DNA of 64,000 nt from contig OZ024743.1 of assembly GCA_964016885.1 (NCBI GenBank), positions 108,872,001 through 108,936,000 on the forward strand, given 5' to 3'. Shown piece after piece: positions 28,626 through 43,290 of this stretch; within the stretch, counting starts at the first letter, position 1; every line of letters starts with the position of its first letter. The position numbers and the translations under genes were made by a program. Below the pieces are notes generated by a model. The model worked only from the letters and a program-made list of their open reading frames with translations. It had not been told where the DNA came from and did no database searches. This DNA is from Eledone cirrhosa. Its lineage: Eukaryota.

Positions 28626-28668
28626 GTCACTGAAGAGGTCACAGAGTGTGTGACGAAAGAACTATGAC
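28626..28668 (+). ncRNA. Minimal hammerhead ribozyme (inverted pLTR copy)
   Basis: Exact reverse complement of 27816-27858. Confidence 0.75.
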
Positions 28669-28816
28669 AATATATAAACAACTATCTGATTGTGGAACCA
28701 ACCAACCAACCAGAAATTTATAAATTTATAAATTTATTATAAATTTATTATAATAAATTGAAGTGAAAGGATGTGTGCGTGTGTTTCTTATTGGCAACAT
28801 GACCCTCCCAAAGTAT

Positions 28817-28984
<168 letters not shown>

Positions 28985-29177
28985 TTATAGAGATAACAAG
29001 AGAAAGGCGCAGTTAGATGAATAAATAGATAGGTCAATATGTAAATAAATAGGCAGGCAAATATATAGAGATATAATTTATTATATATAAAGTTGTGGGT
29101 TACTAAACACCTATCTTTTCTGATTTTTCGCTGTTCCATCCTCTTCTCAATGTTTATCTTTCTATTTCTAACTCTAC

Positions 29178-29211
29178 CTTCTGATGAAGGGCTAGTGTCC
29201 GAAGCGTTAAG
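29178..29211 (+). ncRNA. Degenerate minimal hammerhead motif
   Basis: CUU-CUGAUGA-A-GGGC-UAGU-GUCC-GAAG-CG-UU/AAG; GAAA is mutated to GAAG. Confidence 0.5.
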
Positions 29212-29437
29212 TCTATTCACTTGCTATTTCAAGCGTTAAACTAATATATTTCTTCAATGTACTGTGTCACCTGCTGTGTTTTTTGTTTACGCTTTGATAT
29301 ACACACACTAACAAATACACATACACACACATACACACACACACACGCACACACACACATACATACACACACACACACACACACATGAACACACACATAT
29401 ATATATATATATATATACATATATAGAGAGAGAGATA

Positions 29438-29545
29438 CAGTGTGATTTTGGTTCCCGAATGCCCCTCCTTACGAACAAATCGGTTCACGACCAACTTTTC
29501 CAAACATAAAACGTCTCGGTTCATGAAAGACTCGAGCAATAAACA
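29438..29545 (+). mobile_element. pogo/Tigger-like TIR remnant
   Basis: TA|CAGTG...ggttcccgaa...ttacgaacaaatcggttcacga, a reiterated motif typical of such TIRs. Confidence 0.4.
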
Positions 29546-29609
29546 CATAAACACGGAAGCTGGGAACAACGACTGGCAACATGCTTGGAGTATCCACGGA
29601 AAAGCTCAT

Positions 29610-29677
<68 letters not shown>

Positions 29678-30929
29678 TGTGTGTGTATATATATATAGTG
29701 AGAGAGAGAGATAAAGAGGGGGAGGCAAAGAGATATGGAGAGGGAGATAGGGAGTGAGAGAGAAAGAGGAATACGAATATTGTGAACTATCATGTCATAT
29801 GTAACCGACATAAAAATATACGAGTAAAAATTACTTTTCTCAAAATATCAATTCTAAAAATAAATATAAAACTGTTTGCAGAGGTTTATAAAAACATATC
29901 ACATTTCGAACATATTTTATGATGCAAAAAGTTTAGTAGAAAACCGTAAAAATAAAATTCGTTTGACTGACACAGCATAATAATGTCCATATTTTTATGT
30001 AACTATATAGAGCAATAAACCAACCCCGCCAAAAAAAAAACAATTATCTTCACAAAAATATTTTTCACGTAAATTTATTTCTTAATGTTTATAAGTAATC
30101 ACAGATACTGCTCTAATTCCATTGTACATTTTATAGTGATTCAATGCAAGAGCAGCAATGGTTCACTAACTACCTGTTAAAACAATCCTGCTGGAATAGC
30201 GCTACTATCATCACTTCATCTTTAAAATATGACTGAAATGTAAATGGTTTTACAAAAGCTACTGTACCCAACTAAACACAAATGATATATATATATGGAT
30301 AAATAAAAGAAAGTTTTATAGAAGAATTTTAAACATCAACACAGTCCTGGTTTCATTAAGAAGATACACAGTTCTAAAAGTGAAGGCGTGTGGCACTGTG
30401 GCAAATATGGGATTGTATAATGAACAATACACTTCAGTCGAAAGACATGTTGTCCCTAAAATACAACGAGGCATTCGTGTCACAGACTGTTACAACGAGT
30501 TTCACTGAGAATTAGGAATTTATGGAATGTTAATCAACTTGCTCGTTTATTTCACCACCAAAATCTTGCATAGATCACGTTAACTGTAAAAATAACATCG
30601 GAACCGTAGGAGATCCCAAACATTTCCATATCAACCATGCTTCAACATATATAACGAACATTTACCACCATACCAACAATATTTCCAGTGTATCTGCAAA
30701 GATAATCATCATTGTTTACTTCTAATTATAAGAATGTTGGGGATTATTTAAAGATGAATTCGGGTCCTATTTCGTCTTTTTAACTGGCACCGATTATAAT
30801 CATGAGGAGACCATGTCTTAAACAGTCGAACACTATCATTATGTAATTTTGAAGGACCTGCAAACCGATCTCGAATGTTGAACTTTTTAAGAAAATTTAT
30901 ATATGTTTGTTCAATGATACATGTTCAAT

Positions 30930-31009
<80 letters not shown>

Positions 31010-31063
31010 GTGTGTGTGAGTGAGTGTGTGTGCGTGTGTGTATGTGTCTGTATGTATTCATAT

Positions 31064-31180
<117 letters not shown>

Positions 31181-31522
31181 ATAACAAAGTATATGTGTAT
31201 ATATACACATGTATATATACATATATACTTTTTTCACAAGTATGTGAGTGTGTGTTGTCGACATTAACCAGTGTTACTCCATGATTATGAGAGACAAGAT
31301 AATCGAAATAATTAACTTGACTCGATATCAGAGCTAGGTAATATATTATAAAGTAAGAAGAAGTAATAGACACATATATATATCTATTTTTTCTTCGATG
31401 TCCCGACTGTACAGTTTCTCAGATATCGAGTCAATTGAATTATTTTGATTATCTTGTCTCTCGCGTGATAATATCTTCCTCCGCCTTTTTAGATTTTCTC
31501 GCTTGCTACGAACGTGTCTGGA

Positions 31523-31616
31523 GTTCCCTTGAAAAGCTGGCTTGCCTTACATCAATGTTGCATCTCTATGATGTAGGATTGTTGCATACTGACCAGCGAA
31601 ACTGTACAGTCGGAAC
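31523..31616 (+). ncRNA. Hammerhead ribozyme, U3-A8 core variant with long stem II insert
   Basis: GUUCCC-UUGAAAA-GCUGG...CCAGC-GAAA-CUGUACAG-UC/GGAAC. Confidence 0.7.
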
Positions 31617-31663
31617 ATTGAAGAAAAAAAAAGGTGTCTATTACTTCTTACTTTATAATTTGT

Positions 31664-31748
<85 letters not shown>

Positions 31749-31792
31749 AAGTTAAATAAAAAGTCAAATGTTTAAAATTGATTTCGTTTATT

Positions 31793-31847
31793 ACTGCTAT
31801 ATATATTTCAGTGACAGCCATCTTTTGCTGTGACCTCTTGAGGCAGT
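31793..31847 (-). ncRNA. Degenerate hammerhead motif (G5 to C)
   Basis: ACUGC-CUCAAGA-GGUCACAGC-loop-GCUGUCACU-GAAA-UAUAUA-UA/GCAGU. Confidence 0.65.
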
Positions 31848-32264
31848 CCGAATTAGTGTGGTATAGACAACTACATATGTTGTTGAGGTGTATAATATTG
31901 TCAATACTCTGATATGCCCAGTTCCTTGTTGGGTTGTTATTTTACTGAGGAACTGGAATCATATGAATTCGAACAAACGAATTTCAGTGTCAAAGGGCCT
32001 CTTCTCCTCTCATTGGTCAGTTGTTAGAACATTCCTCATTCTAAGTGTTGTTATTGTTGGAGTTAGCTTAGAAAATTGATAAAGTGATAGAAGGGACAAG
32101 GTGTTAAAGGAAAAAATAACAAAAAAAGTGTCAAACTTCCCATTGGTCAGTTCTGAGAGCATTCCTCAGTCAGAAACTATAGAATTTTTTCTGGGGTGAG
32201 GCTCCCTGTAGTGTTTGTGTTTGCTATTGCATACTGAGGTGTTGGTAAACAACCAACATATACT

Positions 32265-32411
<147 letters not shown>

Positions 32412-32527
32412 CAGAGAGAGAGAGAGCACTTTAATAACAGCACATGCATGTGGAAGAATGAAATATGATGTTAATTTAACCGTGAAACTCCTCCTGGGTC
32501 CTGTATTGATCATTTTTTTGTTTTCCA

Positions 32528-32568
32528 TGCCCTTGATAATCCCAATTCGGGCGAAACGTACGTAGGCG
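32528..32568 (+). ncRNA. Minimal hammerhead motif, U3-A8 variant
   Basis: UGCCC-UUGAUAA-UCCC-AAUUC-GGGC-GAAA-CGUACG-UA/GGCG; stems I and II imperfect. Confidence 0.6.
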
Positions 32569-32622
32569 CACTGTTATATAAACATGTACTAACGGTTTTA
32601 AACTCCTTGTATTCATTTCTTT

Positions 32623-32707
<85 letters not shown>

Positions 32708-32836
32708 ACATATATATACTTAAAGGTATGGTACTAGGACAAACAATCGACTAAGCATGATGTAGAGGAGAAAAATATAATCAGAGTCTGTTCTTTAACA
32801 TGTTTCAGTACAACATCAGTTTCTCTCTCTCCCTAC

Positions 32837-32954
<118 letters not shown>

Positions 32955-32958
32955 TATC

Positions 32959-33923
<965 letters not shown>

Positions 33924-33929
<6 letters not shown>

Positions 33930-33975
33930 TAAGTATGTATACGTCCATACATATATGTATACAGACGTACAGTAG

Positions 33976-34069
<94 letters not shown>

Positions 34070-34121
34070 CTACTATACGTCTGTATACATATATGTATGG
34101 ACGTATACATTCTTATATTTA
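33924..34121. repeat. Inverted repeat (55-bp arms) centred on (TA)n
   Basis: 33924-33978 vs 34067-34121, about 2 mismatches. Confidence 0.9.
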
Positions 34122-34171
34122 AGTAGCAGCCGTACTTAAAGTGAGAAGTGAAATTTCGTTTCATTTTTTCC

Positions 34172-34238
<67 letters not shown>

Positions 34239-34537
34239 TATGTATATATATATGTATATATCTGTATGTGATTGATAGGTGAGAGAACAGTGTATTGAAT
34301 ATCGAAGTAGAGTTTTAATATTCCTTTTATTAGGGTTGTATAGTGAGACTTATTACTCTGGCGTTTCACACACCGAAGCCCTTATGTAGATACATTCACT
34401 TTTTATCATAAAAAAAATGAATATATGTATATATATCAGTAGAAGGGGGTATTTAATTTGTTGGAAGTCCGACAAATATAAATATAAATGTTCATTATTG
34501 ATTTAGAGCACACAACAAATTCCTGGAGTAAATATTC

Positions 34538-37500
34538 AATGATATTAAATAAATAGAAATTATACTTATAAAACAATATTTATTTTATTATATATATTTC
34601 AAGGGTATCAAAATACTTTGTTAAGCTTTCCTAAGATAAAATACAAAATTTGTTTTATATATAGAGACATATCCTGGAAAAAACCATACCTTATCAGTTG
34701 GATATTCTCTGGAAAGTGGAAATATATTAGGGATTTTTGAAACTTATGGATATGCAAATTAATATGTAAATAATTGAAAAACAACCGTTTATTTAAACGG
34801 CTATGGAGAGAAAGAAAAGAGAAGAGAAGATAGACAAAATAGTGAGAGAGAGAGAGGAGAGAGATAAGAGAGAGAATAAGGTAAACACTGAAGATGAATA
34901 AAAAAAACCTCATATAACGTTAATTTGAGGGAAATATATTCGGACAATTACGTATGTTTATATGTAAATACATATCTTAATATTATGTGTATTTATATTA
35001 ATTGTTTAAAATGTGTTCATAATAAAATATTTTTCATTCGTTTATGAGTAGATAAATATATAAATAAATAAATAGATGGGTATATCATGTTATAGATATT
35101 TGTTTAAATGAGTTATGAGGGATATTGGTTTTGTATTGTATGTAAATAAATATGTATTTAAATTTGAGAATAATTTAAAATTAAATTAAATTAAATTAAA
35201 TTAAATTAAATTAAATTAACTGAGTTAAGTAATAATATTTATATTTATATGATTTAAAGGGAAGATAAGGAAAACATTCCGGTTTTATTTATTTATTTGT
35301 TAGTGTGAAACTATGTAGTCAAAATAAGTACGGTTGTTTAAGATACATTTAGCCAGAAACAGTTATTAATCTATTAAAAAATATTTAAAATATATTTAGA
35401 AAATATTGAAAAGATATTAAAAAAATTATGAAAAAATATATTGAAAAAAATATATTGAAAAAATATATTAAGAAATAGTAAAAAGAATATTGAAAAAATA
35501 TTGAAAAATAAAAATAAATCTTTTTAAAATCTTGAGAAAAATTTTGAAAAAATTCTTTGAGAAAATTTTAGAAAATCCTTTCCAAAAAATTGTGTAAACC
35601 TGATATGGAAGTTAAAATGCAAAAACAGACTATTCATTAGCTTGGGAAACAGTTTCAAAAGCACCCGCATACTGAAACAGATCTGCAAATTGTGTATTGA
35701 GGAAATTATTTATATACTTAACTGTAAAAACTCAATTAATTTAAGAACGAATTGATTTAATTATTGTAGACATCGCCAGTATTCAACATTCAGAACTATA
35801 TATAACTAATAATTATACTTATAATATTCCTATAAATCTCATCTACTTGGTTTTAATATATTGATATCTCTAAATCATAATATCTCTAACATTTGTTGTA
35901 CTTACACCTCTTAAAAATGTTCATATAATATATACGTATATAATTCTAATTTTTTTATTTCAATAACTTTTTATTTATTTAAAAAGTACTTATCTCTTTA
36001 AAAAAATGTTTGTAAGGAGTTTCTAAAATTTAAGATACATTTAGCCAGAAGCAGTTAGTGGTTATTAATCGATTGAATAAATATTGAAAAAATATTGGGA
36101 AAACATTGAACAGATATTGAAAAAATATTGAAATATTGAAAAAATATATTGAAAATATATATTAAGAAATATTGAAAAGAATATTGAAAAAATATTGAAA
36201 ACATTTAACATTATTTTTTTTTAAATCCGGAGAAAATGTTGTAAAAAAAATTTTTGAGAAACTTTAGAAAATCCTTTCAAAAAAATGTTTAAGAGATAAG
36301 TAATTTTTAAAGAAATAAAAAATTATTGAAATTAAAAAAATTAGAATTATATACGTATATATTATATGAACATTTTTAAGAGGTGGAAGTACAACAAATG
36401 TTAGACATATTATGATTTAGGGATATCAATATATTAAAACCAAGTCGATGAGATTACTAGGAATATTATAAGTATAATTATAAGTTATATATAGTTCCGA
36501 ATGTTGAATTCTGGCGATGCCTACAAGAATTAGATCAATTCGTTCTTAAATTAATTGAATTTTTACAGTTAGGTATATAAAAAATGTTCTCAATACACAA
36601 TTTGCAGAATCTGGATAGAGCGGTGTTTCGGTATGCGGGTGCTTTTGAAACTGTTTCCCAGACTAATGAATAGTCTATATTTTTGCATTTCAAGTTCCAT
36701 ATCAGGTTTAACATTTTTTTTTGAAAGGATTTTCTAAAATTTTCTCAAAAATTTTCTTCAAAATTTTTCTCAGTATTTAAAAAAAGTTTTTTTAAAGTTA
36801 AAATGAATGCTTTCAATATTCTTTTCAATATTTCTTAATATATATTTTCAATATAATTTTTAAATATTTTTTCAATATCTTTTCAATATTTTCTCAATAT
36901 CTTTTCAATATTTTAAAAAATCCTCAGAAAAATTAAAAAAAAAATTTTGAAAAATCCTGAGAAAAATTTTCCAAAAAATGTTTGAGAAAATTTTAGAAAA
37001 TCCTTTCAAAAAAATTTTTTAAGAAATAAGTAATTTTTTAAGAAATAAAAAAATATTCAAATTAAAAAAATTAGAATTATATACGTATATATTATATGAA
37101 CATTTTAAAGAGGTGTAAGTACAACAAATCTTAGAGATATTATGATTTAGAGATATCAATATATTAAAACCAAGTAGATGAGATTAATAGGAATATTATA
37201 AGTATAATTATAAGTTATATATAGTTCTGAATGTTGAAATCTATCGATGTCAACAATAATTAAATAAATTCGTTCGTAAATTAATTGAGTTTTTACAGTT
37301 AAGTATATAAAAAATTTCCTCAATACACAATTTGCAGAATCTGGATAGAGCTGTGTTTCGGTATGCGGGTGCTTATGAAACTGTTTCCCAAGTTAATGAA
37401 TAGTCTATATTTTTGCATTTTAACATCCATATCAGGTTAAACAATTTTTTGGAAAGGATTTTCTAAACTTTTTTCAATATCGTTTCAATACTTTCTTAAT

Positions 37501-38211
37501 ATTTTTTCAATACTTTTTCAATTGATTAATAACCACTAACTGTTTCTGGCTAAATGTATGTTAAACAACCGTACTTATTTTGACTAAATTGTCTCACACT
37601 AACAAATAAATAAATAAAACCGGAGTTTTTTTTCCTTATCTTTCCTTTTAAATCATATAAATACAAAACAAATATTCCTCATAACTCAGTTGAACAAATA
37701 TCTATAACATGATATACCCATCTAATTATTTATTTATTTATTTATCTACTTATAAACGAATGAAAAATATTATATTATAAACAAAATTTTACACAATTAA
37801 TATAAATACACATAATATTAAGATATATATTTACATATAAGCATACTTAATTGTCCGAATATATTTCCCTCAAATTAATGTTAACGAGTTTTTTTTTTAT
37901 TCATCTTCGGTTTTTTCCTTCTTCTCTCTCACTATTTTGTCCTTCATCTCTTCTCTCTTATTTCTCTCTATAGTCGTTTAAATGAACGGTTGCTTTTCAA
38001 TTATTTATATATTCATTTGCATATTCACCCATAAGATTTACAAATCCATAATACATTTCCACTATCCAGAGAATATGCACCTGATAAGGTATGGTTTTAC
38101 CTGCGTATGTCTCTATCTGAGAAAAGCGTACCAAAGTCTTTTGCTACCCTTAAAATATATATAATAAAATAAATATGGTTTTATAAATATAGTTTCCATT
38201 TATTTCATATC

Positions 38212-38214
<3 letters not shown>
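34538..38214. repeat. Large AT-rich foldback with internal direct and inverted modules
   Basis: 34538-~36010 is mirrored by ~37020-38214; the gtatgcgggtgc module occurs at 36631 and 37361 (+) and ~35660 (-); agatacatttagccagaa recurs near 35341 and 36033. Confidence 0.85.
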
Positions 38215-38275
<61 letters not shown>

Positions 38276-38282
<7 letters not shown>

Positions 38283-38768
38283 CATTATTTTTTAAGGTTT
38301 CACTCATGGCTCGCGAGCTGTGTGACATGTTAATATATACTTTACTAAAGAAATTCCAATCTCTTTTGCGCTCACACTTCTTTATGTTTCTGTACTATAG
38401 GTATGACTATTTTATTTTACCAAGGAATCTATTGAAATCATATTCCAACACATTTATTAACCGCCATGTATCTATCTATCTATCTCTCTCTCTATATATA
38501 TATATAGATAGATACAAGGCGGTTAGAAGTGTGAGCGGAAAAGAGATTGGAATTTCTTTAGTAAAGTATATATTAACATGTCACACAGCTCGCGAGCCAT
38601 GAGTGAAACCTTAAAAAATATTTTTTTCTACGTTAGGCACAAGGCCAGCAAGTACCCAGTGTATTACTGGTACTTTATTTTATCGACAACGTAAGGATGA
38701 AAGGCAAAGTTAATTTCGTCGGGATTTGAACTCAGAATGGCAGAAACCTTAAAAAATAATGGCACACA
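38276..38768. repeat. Inverted repeat (~105-bp arms) with the right arm interrupted by a SINE
   Basis: 38276-38381 vs 38525-38620 plus 38759-38768. Confidence 0.88.
38621..38742 (-). mobile_element. tRNA-derived SINE (Deu/Nin-like core), 5'-truncated, 16-bp TSD
   Basis: B box gagttcaaatcc and tttgcctttcatcct core; TSD gaaaccttaaaaaata at 38605-38620 and 38743-38758. Confidence 0.88.
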
Positions 38769-39249
38769 TTTTTCGGTTAAATGTATTATAATAGATACAT
38801 CCGCCCCCATATTAATCGGACGAAATGTGCTGGGCTTTGAAACTCGGGAAAGTGGAATATATTCTCGCAACTGGTTTCAGAAAAACACTGCTTCTATACC
38901 CTCCACGACTGATTTATTCGCAGTCCACACGATGCAAAATTTATACTGAGAAAATAGTTTAGCTCAGACTAAATGTTTTCAATTTCAAGGAATTTAATTT
39001 CTTTGCATTACTAACTCTGAACAAGTCCCCCTTTTGTGTGTTCTTTTTTATAGTTACCAGCCTTTACATTACCTAAAATATTTATTTATATCTAAATTCG
39101 GAATTACCTGACCTTGAAGAACTTTCGTGTTTTCTAAATCCCCAAAGCAACCTATGTAGGTAGCCACTTTTATTTCACATAACAGTTGGAATGAGTAGGC
39201 GTGTTGAACGCAAGAAAACTTAAGTAACTGTATATATCACTGTTGTAAC

Positions 39250-39289
<40 letters not shown>

Positions 39290-39363
39290 GAGAGAGAGAG
39301 GTATAACACTGGAAGGTAAATCCGTAGTGGTAGAGCACTCAGTCCATGGGACGAGTTAGGTAG

Positions 39364-39549
39364 AAGTGGTTACAGAACAGTTAGTTCACCATACCGAGAA
39401 CAATTGTTTCATCTTAGCGGAACCTCAGCTCGTAATGGACATGGTTATACGGAACAACTGTTCCGTATAACCATGTCCATTACGAGCTGAGGATCCGCTA
39501 AGATGAAACAATTGTTCTCGGTATGGTGAACTAACTGTTGTGTAACCAC

Positions 39550-39551
<2 letters not shown>
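39364..39551. repeat. Near-perfect 188-bp palindrome with hammerhead-like motifs in both arms
   Basis: 93-bp arms, 2-nt spacer, 2 mismatches; CGAG-CUGAGGA...GAAA-CAAUUG-UU/CUCG at 39483-39520. Confidence 0.92.
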
Positions 39552-39597
<46 letters not shown>

Positions 39598-41989
39598 ATA
39601 GAGAGAAAGAGAGAAAGGGAGAGAGAGAGAGAGAGATAGATAGAGAGATAGAGATGTGAGAGAGAGAGGGGCGGAGAGAGAGAGAGAGTGGGGAGAGCGT
39701 TGGAGGCAGAGCGATGGACAGAGTGAGAGAGAGAGAGAGAGAGATGTGTAGAATCCAACCGAGGAATCCAACGATTTCAGCTTGTGTTCACCCAGTCGGT
39801 CTCGAATTTAAATATCACTATACCCACTGTGCATCTCCCCACAGCATCTCCCCCATTTCAACACTGCAGACTCTCTCCCTGTATCTCTCAGCACACCCCC
39901 CCCCCACACACAAAAGACAATCTTTACTGTTTTATCCCGAGGTTTTATATTAATTCTTCCTCTGTCACATTTTTTATTTCTCTTTACTTCTTTTATGCCG
40001 TCTCTCCTGTTCATCTTCTGTTTAGTTTCTTAGTGAAATTGTAGAAATGTATTTTCCAACTAAAATGGTATCGTGCACCGATGCTCTCAGCGATATTCCT
40101 ATTCGTTTGTTGAGATTACTATAATGCTAAACCACACAACATTGCCTTATTTTAGAATAAGCGTTTTCGGCCATCATGCTTCAGCAAACAAGGTATATAT
40201 ATAGATAATTATGATGATTTGCACGTGAGCTTAGTCGAAAAACATCGATGGAGCAGCAAATCTGCTGAGCGTTGAAAACAACAGGCGAGCGAGAGGAAGA
40301 GGCTGTTGGTGGTGGTGGTGGTGGATAAATACAAAACATGGAATAAAAGAAACCATGGTCGACATAGCCATGTTAATAATAGTGGCGTGATGGTATTATG
40401 ATTGTTGCGGTGATGGTAAGGAGGTGTGAGGAAGCCAGTTGGAGGGGCGGATTTGTTGGTGGCGATGGAGGTTGTTGTGGTGGTGGTGGTGTGGATTATC
40501 CTGTTTGTAATGTTCGTCATGACGGTAGGCATCCGTATACGCGCTGATTTCTATTTGTATGTTTCATGTAGCCAGAGAATTGGTAGAGATGTTGCTATTC
40601 TTGAACAAATGTGAAGTGAGATGTTTATGGAGTTTGTGTTTTTGTTGTTCGTGGTAGTGGAGATGATGTTGATCATAGTGTATTGATGATGTTGATGATG
40701 TTGATGATGATGCCGAACGTGATAGTTATGACGATGGTGATGCTGATAATGAAGAATATGATGATTTTGATTGGATGATGATGATGTTCATTGTGATGGT
40801 GATGATGATGTTGATGGTGAAATGTCAGTTTACGACTGTTCAAGCGAGCTATATCGTCAGTGTGGGTGTGATATTTTGGAATGTGTAGTGTGTATGGTAT
40901 AATTTATAGACAGCTAAAATATTTTTGTTCGGTTCTGGTTACTGGCAAACAAATTATTGGTGGGGACTGATGGTAACTGCTGGAGAGTTGGAGGGCGTTG
41001 TAGTTGGGATTAAAGACATGTTTGCAGTTATCTTACTTTTGGGCACCATTATGTTAAGTATAATATGTTTTTCCTATTTAGTTCCAGGTTAGCCATATCT
41101 GAGCAGAGATTTGATAGAAGACCACGTAACCACGAATATCTTGTTTTACTATGTGGCTGCCACAACTATATCGAATGGGGCTTTTCATTATTAAGACAGA
41201 TATGCATGATTTTCGGGAATTCGTCTACTCTTTTGAACAAGATGAATGACTGCATATTGTTTTCATCTTTGACACAACAGTGTGTTGTTACTGTTGCTGT
41301 TAATGTTGTCTAGTAAAAGGAGTATTCAAGTGGTTATGGTCTTAAATCGGATTTCAAGCTGCGTGCTGTATTTTCGATGAATGCAATTAAAATTACGTTC
41401 ATCCAGTCCATGCAATGGGAAGAATGAGATGTCGCTGTAATCCAAAGTGCCAGCCACGTCACACATTACAAGCGATTATAAAATTCAAAAATAGCCATTG
41501 ATAAGTTTACTCCATCTCAAAGAATACCAAACAATGGGTCATGGCATCTTTCTCAATGATTTATGTAATTCAAATATTTACTTAAAATACACTTTTATGT
41601 TCTGATATGTTTAACGATGTGTTTTTATGTTGTGGTAGAGAGTGTTGTGTCTGAAGTTTGCTGTAGTAATGAACAATATCAGCAACGTATGAGTAGCCTT
41701 TCATTTGTTTCACTTTTAGTTCATCGTGTAGGTCGTCTCTCTACATTGTGATTTATATAATGTTTATAAAGCTAGTGCCCGTTCTTGAATTGTATGCAGA
41801 AGATGTGGGATATAAATAGAGGTAATCTTTATTTTGAAAATACAGTATTGTTTCAGCCTCAAGTCATGCTTGTTTAGGCAGAGCTATGTTCAGAGTCTCC
41901 AACTGTATCATTTTTAATTAGGATTGCATGATCAAATATATAAAGTCCATTTGAAAGAAATTAAGGGTTTTTGAGTGAATTTGCTGTCA

Positions 41990-42850
41990 AGTTCGAATGT
42001 CAACATTGAAGAGCGAGTGCTTGGAAACCGAAATATGTCCAAGCACACAGTTCTCAGCCAATAAGGCAGTGCGATCGATGGAAAATCCGCCTTAGATTTC
42101 TACGGAGGTTTAGGGGCGGGTAAAAATGACGACATTCTTGGGGAGATTCTAGTGCACTAAAAAAATCAAGTAGCCACTCTTTCGCAGAGGAATTTCAGAC
42201 CAGGGACCGTGAATACCTTCCAGAAATCCATGTGCTGCTGAGGAGCTTTGCCAATTCGAAATAACCTCTACAGGCATGGAAGTGCCGTCAGCTGGGTCTG
42301 TCCGAGATGTGCGGAGGGCGAAACCACCCTGGACGCACCCATCGAGTGTCTGAGTATTGTTGATTTGTGGGTTTATGTTGAACACCTGGTGTCACGTATG
42401 CGACGAATCCGAATATCAGATGAGTGCATTGCGAAGATCAATCCACCGTATCGCTTTAGAAGGTAAGGAAATGTAGCTTTTATCTATCTAGTGGTCATGG
42501 CGAATGAGACCTTGTGGTGGACGCGCCTAAAATATTTGAAGACAAACAATCTTCTCTTCTTCTCGAAACCCTAAATAAATTTTCAAGCATTTCCTGAAGA
42601 AAAAATCTGGGCGGAAATTAAATGCTGTCTTCCAGCCTGGGGTGAAAAAGGCGATTATGTTGTGAGTGAATGGGTTTGTTCTGAGTATGCACCTGTAAAT
42701 TGAAAGGAAAACATCTGAGCATTTGCGGTACCGGTAAAGGACCGTGGCTTTTTGTGAGTTTTCCCCATGAGTGACTCTCGGATATACCTCCACTTTGGGG
42801 GGAATTCGTTATGTTTTATATTAAAATGTTTATTAAATGTTTTAAAACAT
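41990..42850 (+). mobile_element. L1/Tx1-like LINE 3' fragment
   Basis: LPIRNNLYRHGSAVSWVCPRCAEGETT..A.IEC Zn knuckle; similar to the other Tx1 copies here. Confidence 0.75.
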
Positions 42851-43009
42851 CACGTGAAAACTTCCGATGAAGTTTATACATATAAACAGCTATATATTTG
42901 CAGATGAAATAAAAGAGATGAATTACGTCATTTATAGCTCAGGGATCATATAATCCGTGTAAATATAGTTTGCTACAGGAGAACCTGAGGGTAGGGGCTA
43001 CAGGCATTA

Positions 43010-43290
43010 ATTTATGGATGAAAATGAGAATAAATGTGCGATAATTGATGTAGTGGTACCAGTCAATCAAAGGGAAGAAAACCAAAAAACATAGAAATAT
43101 GCTACGAGTTTACAGAATATGTTGCTATTTATGTAGGAAAAATCACGAAAACGATAGCAATAATGATAGAAGCAATTGGATTGGTCACTAACATTTTATA
43201 AAATAATTTGAAGGAATTTCGCATTTCACTAAATATAACTTCACCGCAATATCTGCTTCTTTGGGATGTGCGAACATTCTAAACAAATTG
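43010..43290 (+). mobile_element. R4/Dong-like LINE endonuclease remnant
   Basis: DENENKCAIIDVVVPVN ... IAIMIEAIGLV ... SLGCANIL resembles IIDVAVP...IVIGALG...LLGTAxIL. Confidence 0.5.
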
